A DNA stretch of 64,000 nucleotides from an uncultured Gemmatimonadales bacterium (GTDB lineage: Bacteria > Gemmatimonadota > Gemmatimonadetes > Longimicrobiales > Longimicrobiaceae). The stretch covers positions 4,480,001-4,544,000 of the forward strand of contig OY970303.1 of NCBI GenBank assembly GCA_963716255.1, read 5' to 3'. Under the pieces are notes generated by a model. It saw only the letters and a program-made list of their open reading frames with translations, did not search any database and was not told the DNA's origin. Positions 49,382 through 62,133 of this stretch are shown in pieces; position 1 is the first letter of the stretch, and every line of letters begins with the position of its first letter. Made by a program: the position numbers and the translations under genes.

Positions 49382-50347
49382 TCAGGAGTCGCCCGGGAGC
49401 GAAACGTCGGTGCCCATCCACGTCCGCTGCTCCAGGGTGAGGGGCTGCCGTCCCGCGCACCCCTCGTCCATCTCGTGCCAGGCCTGCACCCGCGGCTCGC
49501 CCCGGCGCCAGCACAGGTAGACCCAGCGCCCCTCCCACGTAGTCGGGAAGTTCAGGAGCCCCTGCTCCGGTCCGCCCGGGGGGAGGCGGATCCCCCGCGC
49601 CGCAACCTCCGCCCGGAGGATCCGCAGCACCTCGTCGTCGGCGGCGAGCACCGCCGCATGGTGCGCCGCCGCCTCGGCGTGGTCCGGGCAATCCGGCTCC
49701 TGGAGCCGCTCGCCCCAGATCAGCTTCAGGGCCTGGTGGCTGTCGGCGTGGCCGGTCGACTCCTCCCTCAGCCGCTCCGCCTCCTCCAGCACCCACTCCA
49801 TCAGCGGGACCAGCACGTTCGCCTCCTCCACCCGGAACGCCCGCCGCGGTCTCGGCTCGCCCTTCCCGGTCTCGGCCCGGCTCTGTTCCAGGCGGTGGAG
49901 CACGCCTACCTCCAGGACGTTGACCACCAGGATCGCGTCCGGGTGACAGGCCGTCTCGAAGCCCTCCGTCATTGCCTGGAGGACCACCTCCCCCGCCAGA
50001 CGACCGGCGCCCATCCCGAGCAGGGGTGCGGCGACCGTCCGGATCTTGGGGCCGGTCCGGGTACACTCGCCGAGCCGGGCGCCGATGCGCCGGATCGCGC
50101 TCGCGTCCGCGCAGTAGCCCCCCACGGTCGCCGCGTATGCGACGTACTGCGCAATGTTCTCGCGACCTTTGAGATGCATCACGTGGACGTCTCCGAGCTG
50201 CATGCCGGGCCGGGGTGCCGGAATGCCGTATCGCAGCAGCTTCTGGAAGACGAAAGACGATGTCGTGCCCGCCGTCGAGCAGGGGAGCACGATCAGGTCG
50301 CTCGGGCAGTCGAACATGTCTCCGAGCCGGATCTGCACGGCGCTCAT
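49382..50347 (-). CDS. Macro-domain-like N-terminus fused to a DUF2203 domain
   Basis: IRLGDMFD..DLIVLP...APLLGMGAGRL; C-terminal half closely similar to 18208-18696. Confidence 0.7.
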   Translation of the reverse strand: MSAVQIRLGDMFDCPSDLIVLPCSTAGTTSSFVFQKLLRYGIPAPRPGMQLGDVHVMHLKGRENIAQYVAYAATVGGYCADASAIRRIGARLGECTRTGPKIRTVAAPLLGMGAGRLAGEVVLQAMTEGFETACHPDAILVVNVLEVGVLHRLEQSRAETGKGEPRPRRAFRVEEANVLVPLMEWVLEEAERLREESTGHADSHQALKLIWGERLQEPDCPDHAEAAAHHAAVLAADDEVLRILRAEVAARGIRLPPGGPEQGLLNFPTTWEGRWVYLCWRRGEPRVQAWHEMDEGCAGRQPLTLEQRTWMGTDVSLPGDS

Positions 50348-50620
50348 GATCTATCCGACATGTGCTGGAATAAATGGGAAATTCGCCTGTTCGGCCCGCT
50401 TGTTTCCGACCGATGATATTACCACGCGGATTTGCCGCCCTCAAGGTTCACCGGTGGGTGCGGGCGGCGGGGGCCGGGTCGCGGAATGTCTCCGCACCTC
50501 CCGGCGGAACCCCCGGGCTGATATGTTGTTGCGTCTCGGACGGCAGGTCGCCGCCCGTGCTCGTGCAAACGCAACCGCCAGGGCGCCCGCGCCCGGCGCA
50601 TCCCCGCGAGGCTCAACGAC

Positions 50621-52303
50621 ATGGCCGGACCGGAATTCATCTACGTCATGAAGGACCTCCGCAAGGTGGTCCCCCCCAACCGCGAGATCCTCAAGGGGAT
50701 CTGGCTCTCGTTCTACCCGGGCGCCAAGATCGGCGTCGTGGGGCCCAACGGCTCCGGCAAGTCCTCGCTCCTGCGCATCATGGCGGGCGTGGACAGGGAC
50801 TTCAACGGCGAGGCGTGGCCGGCCGAGGGGACCCGCGTGGGCTACCTGTCGCAGGAGCCGGAGCTGGACCCGGCGCTGGACGTGCGCGGCAACGTCGAGG
50901 AGGCGGTCAAGAGCCAGCGCGACCTGATGCGCCGCTTCGACGAGATCAACATGAAGTTCGCCGAGCCCATGTCGGACGACGAGATGACGGCTCTGATCGA
51001 CGAGCAGGCGCGCGTGCAGGACCAGATCGACGCGGGCAACCTGTGGGACCTGGACCGCAAGATCGAGATCGCCATGGACGCGCTGCGGCTCCCCCCGGCC
51101 GACGCGCGCGTGGAGAGCCTGTCGGGCGGCGAGAAGCGCCGCGTGGCGCTCTGCCGCGTGCTGCTGGAGGAGCCGGACATGCTCCTGCTGGACGAGCCCA
51201 CCAACCACCTGGATGCCGAGTCCGTGGCGTGGCTGGAGCACCACCTGGCCGAGTTCAAGGGCACCATCGTCGCCATCACCCACGACCGCTACTTCCTGGA
51301 CAACGTGGCGCAGTGGATCCTGGAGCTGGACCGCGGCGAGGGGATCCCCTGGAAGGGCAACTACACCTCCTGGCTGGAGCAGAAGCAGGAGCGCCTGCGC
51401 AAGGAGGAGAAGCAGGCCAGCGCCCGCCAGCGCACCCTGGACCGCGAGCTGGAGTGGGTGCGCATGGCGCCCCGCGCCCGCCAGGCCAAGAGCAAGGCGC
51501 GCATCAGCTCGTACGAGCAGCTGCTGGGCGAGGACCCGCGCGAGAAGCTGTCGCGCGCCGAGATCGTCATCCCCAACGGGCCGCGCCTGGGCGACGAGGT
51601 GGTGGTGGCCGAGGGGCTGAGCAAGGGCTTCGGCGACCGTCTGCTCATCGACGGGCTGACCTTCCGCCTGCCGCGCGGCGGCATCGTGGGCGTGGTGGGG
51701 CCCAACGGCGCGGGCAAGACCACGCTCTTCCGCATGATCACCGGCCAGGAGACGCCGGACGGCGGGGCGCTCAAGGTGGGCTCCACGGTGGAGCTGGCGT
51801 ACGTGGACCAGAGCCGCGACACGCTGGACGGCGAGAAGACCGTGTACCAGGAGATCTCCGGCGGCGCCGACGTCATCAAGCTGGGCCGCGGCGAGGTCAA
51901 CTCCCGCGCCTACTGCTCGTGGTTCGGCTTCAAGGGAAGCGACCAGCAGAAGCTGGTGAAGCACCTGTCCGGCGGCGAGCGGAACCGCGCGCACCTGGCC
52001 AAGGTGCTCCAGAAGGGCGGCAACCTGATCCTGCTGGACGAGCCGTCCAACGACCTGGACGTGGACACGCTGCGGGCGCTGGAGGACGCGCTCCTGGAGT
52101 TTGCGGGCTGCGCGGTGGTGATCTCGCACGACCGGTGGTTCCTGGACCGCATCTGCACGCACATCTTGGCGTTCGAGGGGGAGAGCGAGGTGCGCTTCTT
52201 CGAGGGCAACTACCAGGAGTACGAAGCCGACCGCAGGAAGCGCCTGGGCGCCGAAGCGGACCAGCCGCACCGGATCAAGTACCGGAAGCTGGTGCGGGCG
52301 TAG
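50621..52303 (+). CDS. ettA: Energy-dependent translational throttle ABC-F protein
   Basis: [20 protein letters not shown], two ABC domains, [19 protein letters not shown]. Confidence 0.96.
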   Translation: MAGPEFIYVMKDLRKVVPPNREILKGIWLSFYPGAKIGVVGPNGSGKSSLLRIMAGVDRDFNGEAWPAEGTRVGYLSQEPELDPALDVRGNVEEAVKSQRDLMRRFDEINMKFAEPMSDDEMTALIDEQARVQDQIDAGNLWDLDRKIEIAMDALRLPPADARVESLSGGEKRRVALCRVLLEEPDMLLLDEPTNHLDAESVAWLEHHLAEFKGTIVAITHDRYFLDNVAQWILELDRGEGIPWKGNYTSWLEQKQERLRKEEKQASARQRTLDRELEWVRMAPRARQAKSKARISSYEQLLGEDPREKLSRAEIVIPNGPRLGDEVVVAEGLSKGFGDRLLIDGLTFRLPRGGIVGVVGPNGAGKTTLFRMITGQETPDGGALKVGSTVELAYVDQSRDTLDGEKTVYQEISGGADVIKLGRGEVNSRAYCSWFGFKGSDQQKLVKHLSGGERNRAHLAKVLQKGGNLILLDEPSNDLDVDTLRALEDALLEFAGCAVVISHDRWFLDRICTHILAFEGESEVRFFEGNYQEYEADRRKRLGAEADQPHRIKYRKLVRA

Positions 52304-52450
52304 CCGTTTCGAACTCGGCGGGGTGGATGTGAGCGGGGGAGGGTGCCGGACGGCGCCTTCCCCGCTCTGTTCGTGGACCAGCCCAGGCGTCGAACTTGCA
52401 TCGTTTAATTGGCGTCTATTTTCTCTCAAACCTTCAAAGCGAGGACCTGT

Positions 52451-52846
52451 ATGAGCCGCTTCACCTTGCTGGCCGGCTGCGCGCTGACCCTGCTGTCTGG
52501 TGTCGGCTGTTCGGACACTTCGTCACCTGTGCTACCCGCCGCTCCGTCCCGATCGGTGGGTACGCTCGAGGTGTACTTCGAGGCTACGCACAGTGGCAAC
52601 CAATTTCCGGGTCAGGCCTGCGAGTGGCACGCCTACACGGTTGGGGGAACGCCTCCCTACACCTTCGTCTGGTCGTCGTACAACTTGGATGGAAGTGGAA
52701 CGGACAACTATTTTTATGGGGTTTCCTATGACGTGGGGACATACTCTCTGACGGTCCAGGTAACCGACGCCGATGGGCGAACCGGATCGAAGACGTACAA
52801 TGGCAACACCGGATATGAATACTTGGACCGGGCCTGCTCTATTTAG
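52451..52846 (+). CDS. Hypothetical lipoprotein with PKD/Ig-like domain
   Basis: GAGGA RBS; lipobox GVGC; GGTPPYTFVW...YSLTVQVTDADG; lower GC. Confidence 0.7.
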   Translation: MSRFTLLAGCALTLLSGVGCSDTSSPVLPAAPSRSVGTLEVYFEATHSGNQFPGQACEWHAYTVGGTPPYTFVWSSYNLDGSGTDNYFYGVSYDVGTYSLTVQVTDADGRTGSKTYNGNTGYEYLDRACSI

Positions 52847-53111
52847 GGAGTTTCAATGCGGGAACATCACGAACGGGTGGACCTGCGCCTGGACGGCCGA
52901 CGTGACGGGCGGGACGCCACCTTATACCTGCCAATGGGTTGATTACACGGGGAGGGTGGGCACCGGGCCTGACGACGAGTCGTACGGGGCGGGCTGCTAG
53001 GTCGTCTACACGCAGGGCAGCCTTGGCCTCGAGGTTGCCGATGCCAACGGGCGGCTGGTCACTCGCGAACCGATCATTGAGGATTCGGAGTCCATGCCGA
53101 TGATTTGCTGA
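52847..53111 (+). pseudogene. Degenerate second PKD-like domain
   Basis: WTCAWTADVTGGTPPYTCQW...GAGC*VVYTQGSLGLEVADANG...IC*: homologous to the preceding domain, in another frame, with an internal TAG. Confidence 0.6.
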
Positions 53112-53265
53112 AAGCGGTGCGGCTTCTACACGGAGCGGCCCGGATGCACTTACGCATCCGGGCCGCGGCGTTTTCCCACCCATCTGCCGCAGCGGCCGGA
53201 AAAATGCCGTCTGCCCGCCGGAAGGTCTCGCGAGTGGTCGGCCGCACCCGGAACGCGTCCCGCGC

Positions 53266-55110
53266 ATGAAGATCGTCGCAGTCACGTCTTCCTCAGCCGG
53301 CACCGCCCTCGCGCTCATGGCCGCGGAGGCGCTGAAGCGTACGGCGGAGGTGATGGGCCACACGATCCGCGTGGACCCCCACGACTCCGGTGGGACCGCC
53401 GAGCCGCTGTCAGACGCGGACATCGCCGCGGCCGACGTGGTGATCGTCGCGTCGGATGCCCCCATGGACGGCGCGCGCTTCGCCGGCCGGCCCGTGCACG
53501 CGGTGCGCACGGCCGACGCCATCCGCCACACCCGCGCCGTGCTGGACGCCGCGCTTGCCCTCGTCGCGATCCCAGCCGCCGAGCCGCCCGAGCCCGCCAT
53601 CGCCGCCGTCCCCGTTCAGGCGCCGTCTCCAGCGCCCGTCGTCCCGGCGGAGTTTGCCTCCGACGCTCCAGCGCACGCCGGCAAGCGCATCGTCGGGATC
53701 ACGGCGTGCCCCACCGGCATCGCGCACACCTTCATGGCGGCCGAGGCACTCCAGAAGGCCGCCCGCGCCATGGGCCACGACATCAAGGTGGAGACGCAGG
53801 GCTCGGTGGGCGCCAAGAACCAGCTCACCGCCGAAGACATCGCCGCCGCCGACGCCGTGGTCATCGCCGCGGACACGCAGGTGGACACCTCGCGCTTCGG
53901 CGGCAAGCCGGTGTACGTCACCAGCACCAAGCACGCGATCAAGGCCGGACGGGAGGTGATCGACACGGCGCTGGCGCAGCCGGCGGGCCCCGCGTCCGGT
54001 CCGGCGTCCGCCGCGACGAGCGGCGGCGCTGCCTCCGCCGAAAGCGCGAAGTCCCGCAGCGGCCCGTACAAGCACCTGATGACCGGCGTCTCGTACATGC
54101 TGCCGGTGGTGATCGCGGGCGGGCTGTGCATCGCGCTGGCGTTCGCGCTGGGCGGCATCTACGCCGGGGAGCGCGAGGGGACTCTCGCCTACGCCCTCAA
54201 CCAGGTGGGCGGCGGGGCGTTCCGGCTTTTCGTGGCGGTGTTCTCCGGCTTCATCGCGTACTCCATCGCCGACCGGCCGGGGCTCGCGCCGGGGCTGGTG
54301 GGCGGGCTGCTGGCGCAGGAGATGGGCGCCGGCTTCCTGGGCGGCATCGCTTCGGGGTTCCTGGCCGGGTACCTGACCCGCTTCCTGGCGCACAGGATCC
54401 GCCTCCCGGCCACGCTGGAAGGGCTCAAGCCCGTGCTCGTCCTCCCGCTGCTCGCCACGCTCGCCGTGGGGCTGGGGATGATCTACGTCATCGCCCCGCC
54501 GACCCAGGCGCTCAACCAGGCCATGAACGGCTGGCTGCTGGGGATGCGGGGCGCCAACGCCGCGCTGCTGGGGCTGGTCCTGGGCGCGATGATGGCGGTG
54601 GACATGGGCGGGCCGCTCAACAAGGCCGCGTACACCTTCGGCGTGGGGCTGCTGGCGAGCCGGGTGGACGCGCCCATGGCGGCGGTGATGGCCGCCGGGA
54701 TGACCCCGCCGCTGGGACTGGCGGTGGCCGCGTTCCTGTTCCGCGGACGATTCGACACCGACGAGCGCAGGGCCGGTGGCCCGGCGTTCGTGCTGGGGCT
54801 GGCCTTCATCACCGAAGGGGCAATCCCCTTCGCCGCCAAGGACCCGCTGCGCGTCATCCCGGCGCTGGTGGCGGGCTCCGCCACCGCGGGAGCGATCTCC
54901 ATGGCCGCGGGGGCGCGGCTCCTGGTGCCGCACGGCGGCATCTTCGCGGCACTCATCCCCGGCGCCGTCACGCAGCTGCCCGCGTACCTGGGCGCCATCG
55001 CCGCGGGGACGGCGGTGACCGCGGCGGCGCTGTTCGTGCTCAAGCGCCGCCTCCCCCCCGCGGTCGCGGGAGATGAGGACGCCTCGCCCGACGCGCGCGC
55101 CGCCGCCTGA
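53266..55110 (+). CDS. fruA: PTS fructose EIIB'BC
   Basis: Degenerate IIB' lacking Cys, IIB ITACPTGIAHTFMAAEAL, IIC HLMTGVSYMLP, DMGGPLNKAAY, ITEGAIPF. Confidence 0.95.
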   Translation: MKIVAVTSSSAGTALALMAAEALKRTAEVMGHTIRVDPHDSGGTAEPLSDADIAAADVVIVASDAPMDGARFAGRPVHAVRTADAIRHTRAVLDAALALVAIPAAEPPEPAIAAVPVQAPSPAPVVPAEFASDAPAHAGKRIVGITACPTGIAHTFMAAEALQKAARAMGHDIKVETQGSVGAKNQLTAEDIAAADAVVIAADTQVDTSRFGGKPVYVTSTKHAIKAGREVIDTALAQPAGPASGPASAATSGGAASAESAKSRSGPYKHLMTGVSYMLPVVIAGGLCIALAFALGGIYAGEREGTLAYALNQVGGGAFRLFVAVFSGFIAYSIADRPGLAPGLVGGLLAQEMGAGFLGGIASGFLAGYLTRFLAHRIRLPATLEGLKPVLVLPLLATLAVGLGMIYVIAPPTQALNQAMNGWLLGMRGANAALLGLVLGAMMAVDMGGPLNKAAYTFGVGLLASRVDAPMAAVMAAGMTPPLGLAVAAFLFRGRFDTDERRAGGPAFVLGLAFITEGAIPFAAKDPLRVIPALVAGSATAGAISMAAGARLLVPHGGIFAALIPGAVTQLPAYLGAIAAGTAVTAAALFVLKRRLPPAVAGDEDASPDARAAA

Positions 55111-55139
55111 CCCCCGGCACACCCCGAACCCCGCCCACG

Positions 55140-57605
<2,466 letters not shown>

Positions 57606-57619
57606 GCGGGGGCACGCGC

Positions 57620-58576
57620 ATGCAGGAGCTCCCCGTGCAGGTGGTCACCGTGACCCCCAACCCGGCGATCGACTGGACGCTGGTGGTCCCCGGCTTCGCC
57701 GCGGGTCGCGTCAACCGCGTGGAGTCGGAGCGCTCGCACGCCGCGGGCAAGGGCGTCAACGTCGCGGCGGCGCTCGCGGGGCACGGCGTGCGCGCGGCCG
57801 CCACGGGCTTCCTGGGGCGCGACAACGCGGCGCCCTTCGAGGCGCTCTTCGCGCGCGCCGGCATCGCCGACCGCTTCGTCCGCGTCCCCGGGGCGACGCG
57901 CGTGGGGATCAAGGTCGCGGACCCCGCCGGCCGGCTGACCACGGACCTCAACTTCCCCGGCCTGGCCCCCGGAGCGCCGGAGGTGCGGGCGCTGCTGGAC
58001 GGGGTGGCGGCGTTGGCGGCGGGGGAGCCCCGCCCGTGGGTCGTGCTCGCCGGCAGCCTGCCGCCCGGCGTGGAGCCCACCCTGTACCGCGACCTGGCCC
58101 GCGCGCTGCGCACGGCGGGGTGCCCGGTGGTGGTGGACGCGAGCGGCGAGCCGCTGCGGCACGCGCTGGACGCCGCGCCGCGGGTGGTGAAGCCCAACGT
58201 GCACGAGCTGGAGGCGCTGCTCGGCGAGCCCCTGCCCACGCTGGAGGCCGTGGTCCGCGCGGCGCGGGCGCTGCTGGAGCGCGGCGTGGAGCTGGCCGCG
58301 GTGTCCATGGGGGAGGAGGGGGCGCTCTTCGCGGAGCGGGGCGCGGCGGTGCTCGCCGTGCCGCCGCGCGTGGAGGTGCGCAGCACCGTGGGCGCGGGGG
58401 ACGCCATGGTGGCGGGGATCGTGGCCGGGCGGCTCCGCGGGCTCGCGCTCCCGGAGCTCGCCCGCCTGGCGACGGCGTTCTCCCTGGACGCCCTCACCCG
58501 CGACCCCTCGTCGCCGCCCTCGCCCGGTGCGGTGGAGGCGTGGGCCGCGCGCGTGGAGGTCCGCGCCGCGGGGTGA
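57620..58576 (+). CDS. fruK: 1-phosphofructokinase
   Basis: TVTPNPAID, GKGVNVA, GSLPPG, KPNVHEL, STVGAGDAMVAG. Confidence 0.93.
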   Translation: MQELPVQVVTVTPNPAIDWTLVVPGFAAGRVNRVESERSHAAGKGVNVAAALAGHGVRAAATGFLGRDNAAPFEALFARAGIADRFVRVPGATRVGIKVADPAGRLTTDLNFPGLAPGAPEVRALLDGVAALAAGEPRPWVVLAGSLPPGVEPTLYRDLARALRTAGCPVVVDASGEPLRHALDAAPRVVKPNVHELEALLGEPLPTLEAVVRAARALLERGVELAAVSMGEEGALFAERGAAVLAVPPRVEVRSTVGAGDAMVAGIVAGRLRGLALPELARLATAFSLDALTRDPSSPPSPGAVEAWAARVEVRAAG

Positions 58577-58660
58577 GGGAGTGCGAGAACGGCGTCGTGC
58601 CGGGCCGTTGCAGTGCTCCCCCTCTCCCGCTTGCGGGGGAGGGGGCCGGGGGGAGGGGGC

Positions 58661-58802
58661 CGCCGTCGCGTGAGGGATTACGGCCCGAAGGGGCGAGACC
58701 GCGCGGCTGTTTGCGCGGGCTCGACTCCGTCAAGCAGCGTTGTTTGCTGCTTTACGGAGCCGAAGCCCGACCCCGGCGCCAGCCGGGGGCACGCCCGAAC
58801 CC
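58661..58802 (-). repeat. Family A hairpin repeat
   Basis: Central stem AAGCAGC-AAACAAC-GCTGCTT; adjacent CCCCTCTCCCGCTTGCGGGGGAGGGG hairpin 58619-58645. Confidence 0.85.
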
Positions 58803-58936
58803 TGCCGTTCGTTCAGCTGATTCCCCAGCGGCGGCCTTGTTGCCGGGCACCGAACGAGCCGCTACCTTGCCGCTCTCCACGCGCGCCGACGCTTCCCCTG
58901 GCGCGCCATACGACCCCCCGCGCCCTCCTCGTCACC

Positions 58937-59527
58937 ATGGACTTCCCGCTCCAGCTCAAGTTCAAGACCGTCGCCATCTCCCCGCAGATCTCCGTCACCG
59001 ATTCGGCCGGGCGCCTGCTCTTCTACGTGAAGCAGAAGGCGTTCAAGCTCAAGGAAGCCGTCACGGTGTTCGCGGACGCGGAGCAGACGCGCCCGCTGTA
59101 CAGCATCGCCGCCGACCGCGTGCTCGACATCTCCGCCCGGTACCACATGACCGAGGCGGCGGGCGGCGGGGAGCTGGGCGTCCTCCAGCGCCGCGGGATG
59201 CGCTCGCTGTGGAAGGCACACTACGAGATCCACCGCGGCGGCGGCCCCATCCTGAACATGCGCGAGGCGAACCCCTGGGTGAAGGTGCTGGACGGCGTGC
59301 TCGGCGAGGTCCCCGTGGTGGGGATGTTCACCGGGTACTTCTTCCACCCCGCGTACGTGGTGTCCCGCGCGGTGGACGAGGCGCCGATGCTGCGCGCGGT
59401 GAAGCAGCCGGCGTTCTTCGAGGGCCGCTACTCCATCGAGCGGGTGGGCGACCTGAGCCCCAACGACGAGACGCTCGCGGTGCTCAGCATCCTGATGATG
59501 CTGCTGCTGGAGCGCCGGCGCGGGTAG
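58937..59527 (+). CDS. Conserved hypothetical protein (LURP-one/scramblase-like)
   Basis: FPLQLKFK...YVKQKAFKLKE...ADRVLD...GMRSLWKAHY. Confidence 0.7.
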   Translation: MDFPLQLKFKTVAISPQISVTDSAGRLLFYVKQKAFKLKEAVTVFADAEQTRPLYSIAADRVLDISARYHMTEAAGGGELGVLQRRGMRSLWKAHYEIHRGGGPILNMREANPWVKVLDGVLGEVPVVGMFTGYFFHPAYVVSRAVDEAPMLRAVKQPAFFEGRYSIERVGDLSPNDETLAVLSILMMLLLERRRG

Positions 59528-59792
59528 CCGGGCCGCTCTTCCCCGGGAGGGGCGGCCGCGCTCCGGCGTCGCGGCCACCCCTCCCCGGGCGCCGGAGCGT
59601 GGCCGGCTTCCCCGAGGGCCACACACGTGGGCCGGGGGCACTTCCGCGATCGCCGGACTGCGTTTATTTTCAGGCTCCAATTCCCCTCAAGATCGGACGG
59701 AAGAGTACTTCCGGCGGCCCGGTGGCGCAGCCGACTTCCCGTCCCTCCCGGGCTCCCGCCCTTTCACCGCTCGTTTTCCGGAACCTCCTCAC

Positions 59793-60848
59793 ATGACAAG
59801 ACCGACACGCCGCATGGCGCTGCTGCTGGGCGCCCTGTTCCTGGGGTTCGCGCCCACCCTGGGCGCGCAGACGCCCGATTCCGTGGTCGCCGCCAGCTGG
59901 AGCGGCAAGAGCCTGTTCCGCGTCAACGTGGACGGCGGCACCACCCTCGGCGGCGACTACGACGGCGGGTCCAGCTCCAGGATCCCGGCCGAGGGCGCGG
60001 GAACGCGCCTGATGTGGTACCCGGGGAAGGCCTCCTTCCGCGCGGGCTACATCAATGGCACGCAGTGGGACGACGCCAACATCGGCAACTACTCGGTGGC
60101 CATCGGCGAGAACGTCCGCGCCAGCGGCGACCACGGGGTCGCGTTCGGGCTGCGCACCACCGCCGCGCAGACCTCGTCCTTCGCGGTCGGCGAGGACAAC
60201 ACGGCCAGCGGCGCGGCGTCCGTCGCGCTGGGCTACCACGCCCACACCAACGCCCGGCAGGGGAGCTTCGTCTTCTCGGACCGGTCTTCGGTGGACACCC
60301 TGCGCGCGGGCGTGAACCACTCGGCCAACTGGCGTGTCTCGGGAGGGTTCCGGGTCTTCACGAGCAGCAACCTGTCCACGGGGGTGACGATCCAGTCCGG
60401 GGCCAGCGTGAGCAACTGGGGCCAGAGCGGCGCGGTGATCAGCACCAGCACGGGGGCCTACCTTTCCACGGGCGGCACGTGGACCAACTCGTCGGACGTG
60501 AACCGCAAGCACCGCTTCGCGACCGTGGCGGGCGAGGACGTGCTGGCGCGGCTCCGCGGCATGCCCATCAGCACCTGGAGCTACCGCACCGAGGACGACG
60601 ACATCCGCCACCTGGGCCCCACGGCGCAGAACTTCAGGACGGCCTTCGGACTGGGGGCGAACGAGACCACCATCGCCACCGTGGACGCGGACGGCGTGGC
60701 CCTGGCGGCCGCGCAGGCGCTGGAGCGCCGCACCGCCGCTCAGGCGGAGGAGATCCGCGCGCTGCGCGAGGAGAACGCCGCGCTCAGGGCGCGGCTGGAC
60801 CGCGTGGAGGCGGCGCTCGGCCTCGCGGCGGCGCCCGCGAAGCCGTAG
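59793..60848 (+). CDS. Secreted tail-fibre-like protein with Hep/Hag-type repeats and C-terminal peptidase S74 chaperone + coiled coil
   Basis: Signal peptide; ASG..SVAxG repeats; SSDVNRK, WSYR, HLGPTAQNF; C-terminal coiled coil. Confidence 0.85.
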   Translation: MTRPTRRMALLLGALFLGFAPTLGAQTPDSVVAASWSGKSLFRVNVDGGTTLGGDYDGGSSSRIPAEGAGTRLMWYPGKASFRAGYINGTQWDDANIGNYSVAIGENVRASGDHGVAFGLRTTAAQTSSFAVGEDNTASGAASVALGYHAHTNARQGSFVFSDRSSVDTLRAGVNHSANWRVSGGFRVFTSSNLSTGVTIQSGASVSNWGQSGAVISTSTGAYLSTGGTWTNSSDVNRKHRFATVAGEDVLARLRGMPISTWSYRTEDDDIRHLGPTAQNFRTAFGLGANETTIATVDADGVALAAAQALERRTAAQAEEIRALREENAALRARLDRVEAALGLAAAPAKP

Positions 60849-60941
60849 GGCGGGGCGACGGCTCCGCGCGCGCACCACGGGGCGGCCTGGCGACGGGCCG
60901 CCCCGCTGCTTATCGCCCCCCCGCATCCCACGGCTCACGGT

Positions 60942-61895
60942 GTGGTTCCACCGGTACCGCGACCGCCCGCCGGGCCGTTCCATCAGTCCCTTCGTGCACT
61001 ACACGACAGCGTATTGTGGGCCTGTCGGCTGTGCCGAAGTGCTGCCGAATACGAGAGAGGTATCCTGTGGTTTAGGAGGGCATCACGTTTGGCGCGGCGA
61101 TCTCGCCCACCCTCGGAGATCGACTTCGCGAATGCACACCTCGGTTGGGGGCACCTGGAGCACGATCGCGGGAACCTTCCCCAGGCCGAGGTGCACTTCT
61201 GGAAAGCGTGTCGGGCGGCTCTCCGGCACGGGCGACACTCCCTCGCTGCGGCGGCGTATCACAACCTCCTGATTCTCTCTGTCGACGCAGACCAGCCTGA
61301 TGATGCCGCCGTGTTCGCTCTGAAGGCCATCCACCTGCATCCGGCAAAGCACCCCCGGCTCCCTGTCCTCGCGTTCGACGTCGGTTTTCTTTGGCTGAGC
61401 AAGGGACATTTCTCAGCTGCATTATACCTCTTCAACAAGGTGCTCCCCTGGATCGTGTCGGTGCCGGAGCGTTCATTGGCGCTTGCACTCTTCGCCAGGT
61501 CGGCAGCAGCCGTGCGGGATCGCATCCGTTTCGAGCGCGCCGCGGGAGAGGTGATGAAGCTCGCGCAAGACAACAGCGAGCGAGCAGATGCGGCAATGTA
61601 CCACCTTGCGGAGGGGGCGAGGTCGTTCGAGCAGTGGGACCGAGCGAAAGTGCTCGCCGAGCAGGCAATGGAATTTGCTCGTTTCCGGCGTAACGGAGTG
61701 GTGCTGACCCTCACCGAACGTCTGACAGGAGAAATCGAGGAACGCAGGCTCGGCGATGTAGATGTCGTGCCAGAAGAAGGAGGATTTGTCGATCGTGTCA
61801 CCTCCAAGTTAATGGCCAAGCTGCGGAAGCAGCCCGCCCCAGAACCTCGGGATCCTGAAGCGGGCCTATTCCCGGAGCGTTACCCGCTCGATTGA
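60942..61895 (+). CDS. TPR-like helical repeat protein (module 3), internally shortened N-terminus
   Basis: RLCR, GWGHLEHDRG, AYHNLL, HPRLPVLAFDVGFLWLSKG; start uncertain; lower GC. Confidence 0.7.
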   Translation: MVPPVPRPPAGPFHQSLRALHDSVLWACRLCRSAAEYERGILWFRRASRLARRSRPPSEIDFANAHLGWGHLEHDRGNLPQAEVHFWKACRAALRHGRHSLAAAAYHNLLILSVDADQPDDAAVFALKAIHLHPAKHPRLPVLAFDVGFLWLSKGHFSAALYLFNKVLPWIVSVPERSLALALFARSAAAVRDRIRFERAAGEVMKLAQDNSERADAAMYHLAEGARSFEQWDRAKVLAEQAMEFARFRRNGVVLTLTERLTGEIEERRLGDVDVVPEEGGFVDRVTSKLMAKLRKQPAPEPRDPEAGLFPERYPLD

Positions 61896-61908
61896 CTGAC
61901 TGTCTCGC

Positions 61909-62133
61909 CTATTTGCCGCTTCCTGTCGCCGTACTGTCTTCCGCTACGAACGCACCGTCCGTCCGGTGACCGCTGCCGATCCCACCTCCGCTGGACAGGC
62001 GGGCCCACCCGGTATCTGCCGAAGCCGAGACGCGCCGCGCCTGAGCCCATGCGCTCGGCTCCGTGGGCCGGCCTCCGTTGCAGGCCGAGAGCCCTGCCGC
62101 GCAGACGAGCAGCGTAAGAACAAGTCGCTTCAT
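61909..62133 (-). CDS. Small lipoprotein-signal prepeptide, 74 aa, with GGGIGSGH and C-terminal TGSGK (module 3)
   Basis: Strong AAGGAGG RBS; lipobox LSA-C; convergent with the TPR gene, 13 nt between stops. Confidence 0.78.
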   Translation of the reverse strand: MKRLVLTLLVCAAGLSACNGGRPTEPSAWAQARRVSASADTGWARLSSGGGIGSGHRTDGAFVAEDSTATGSGK

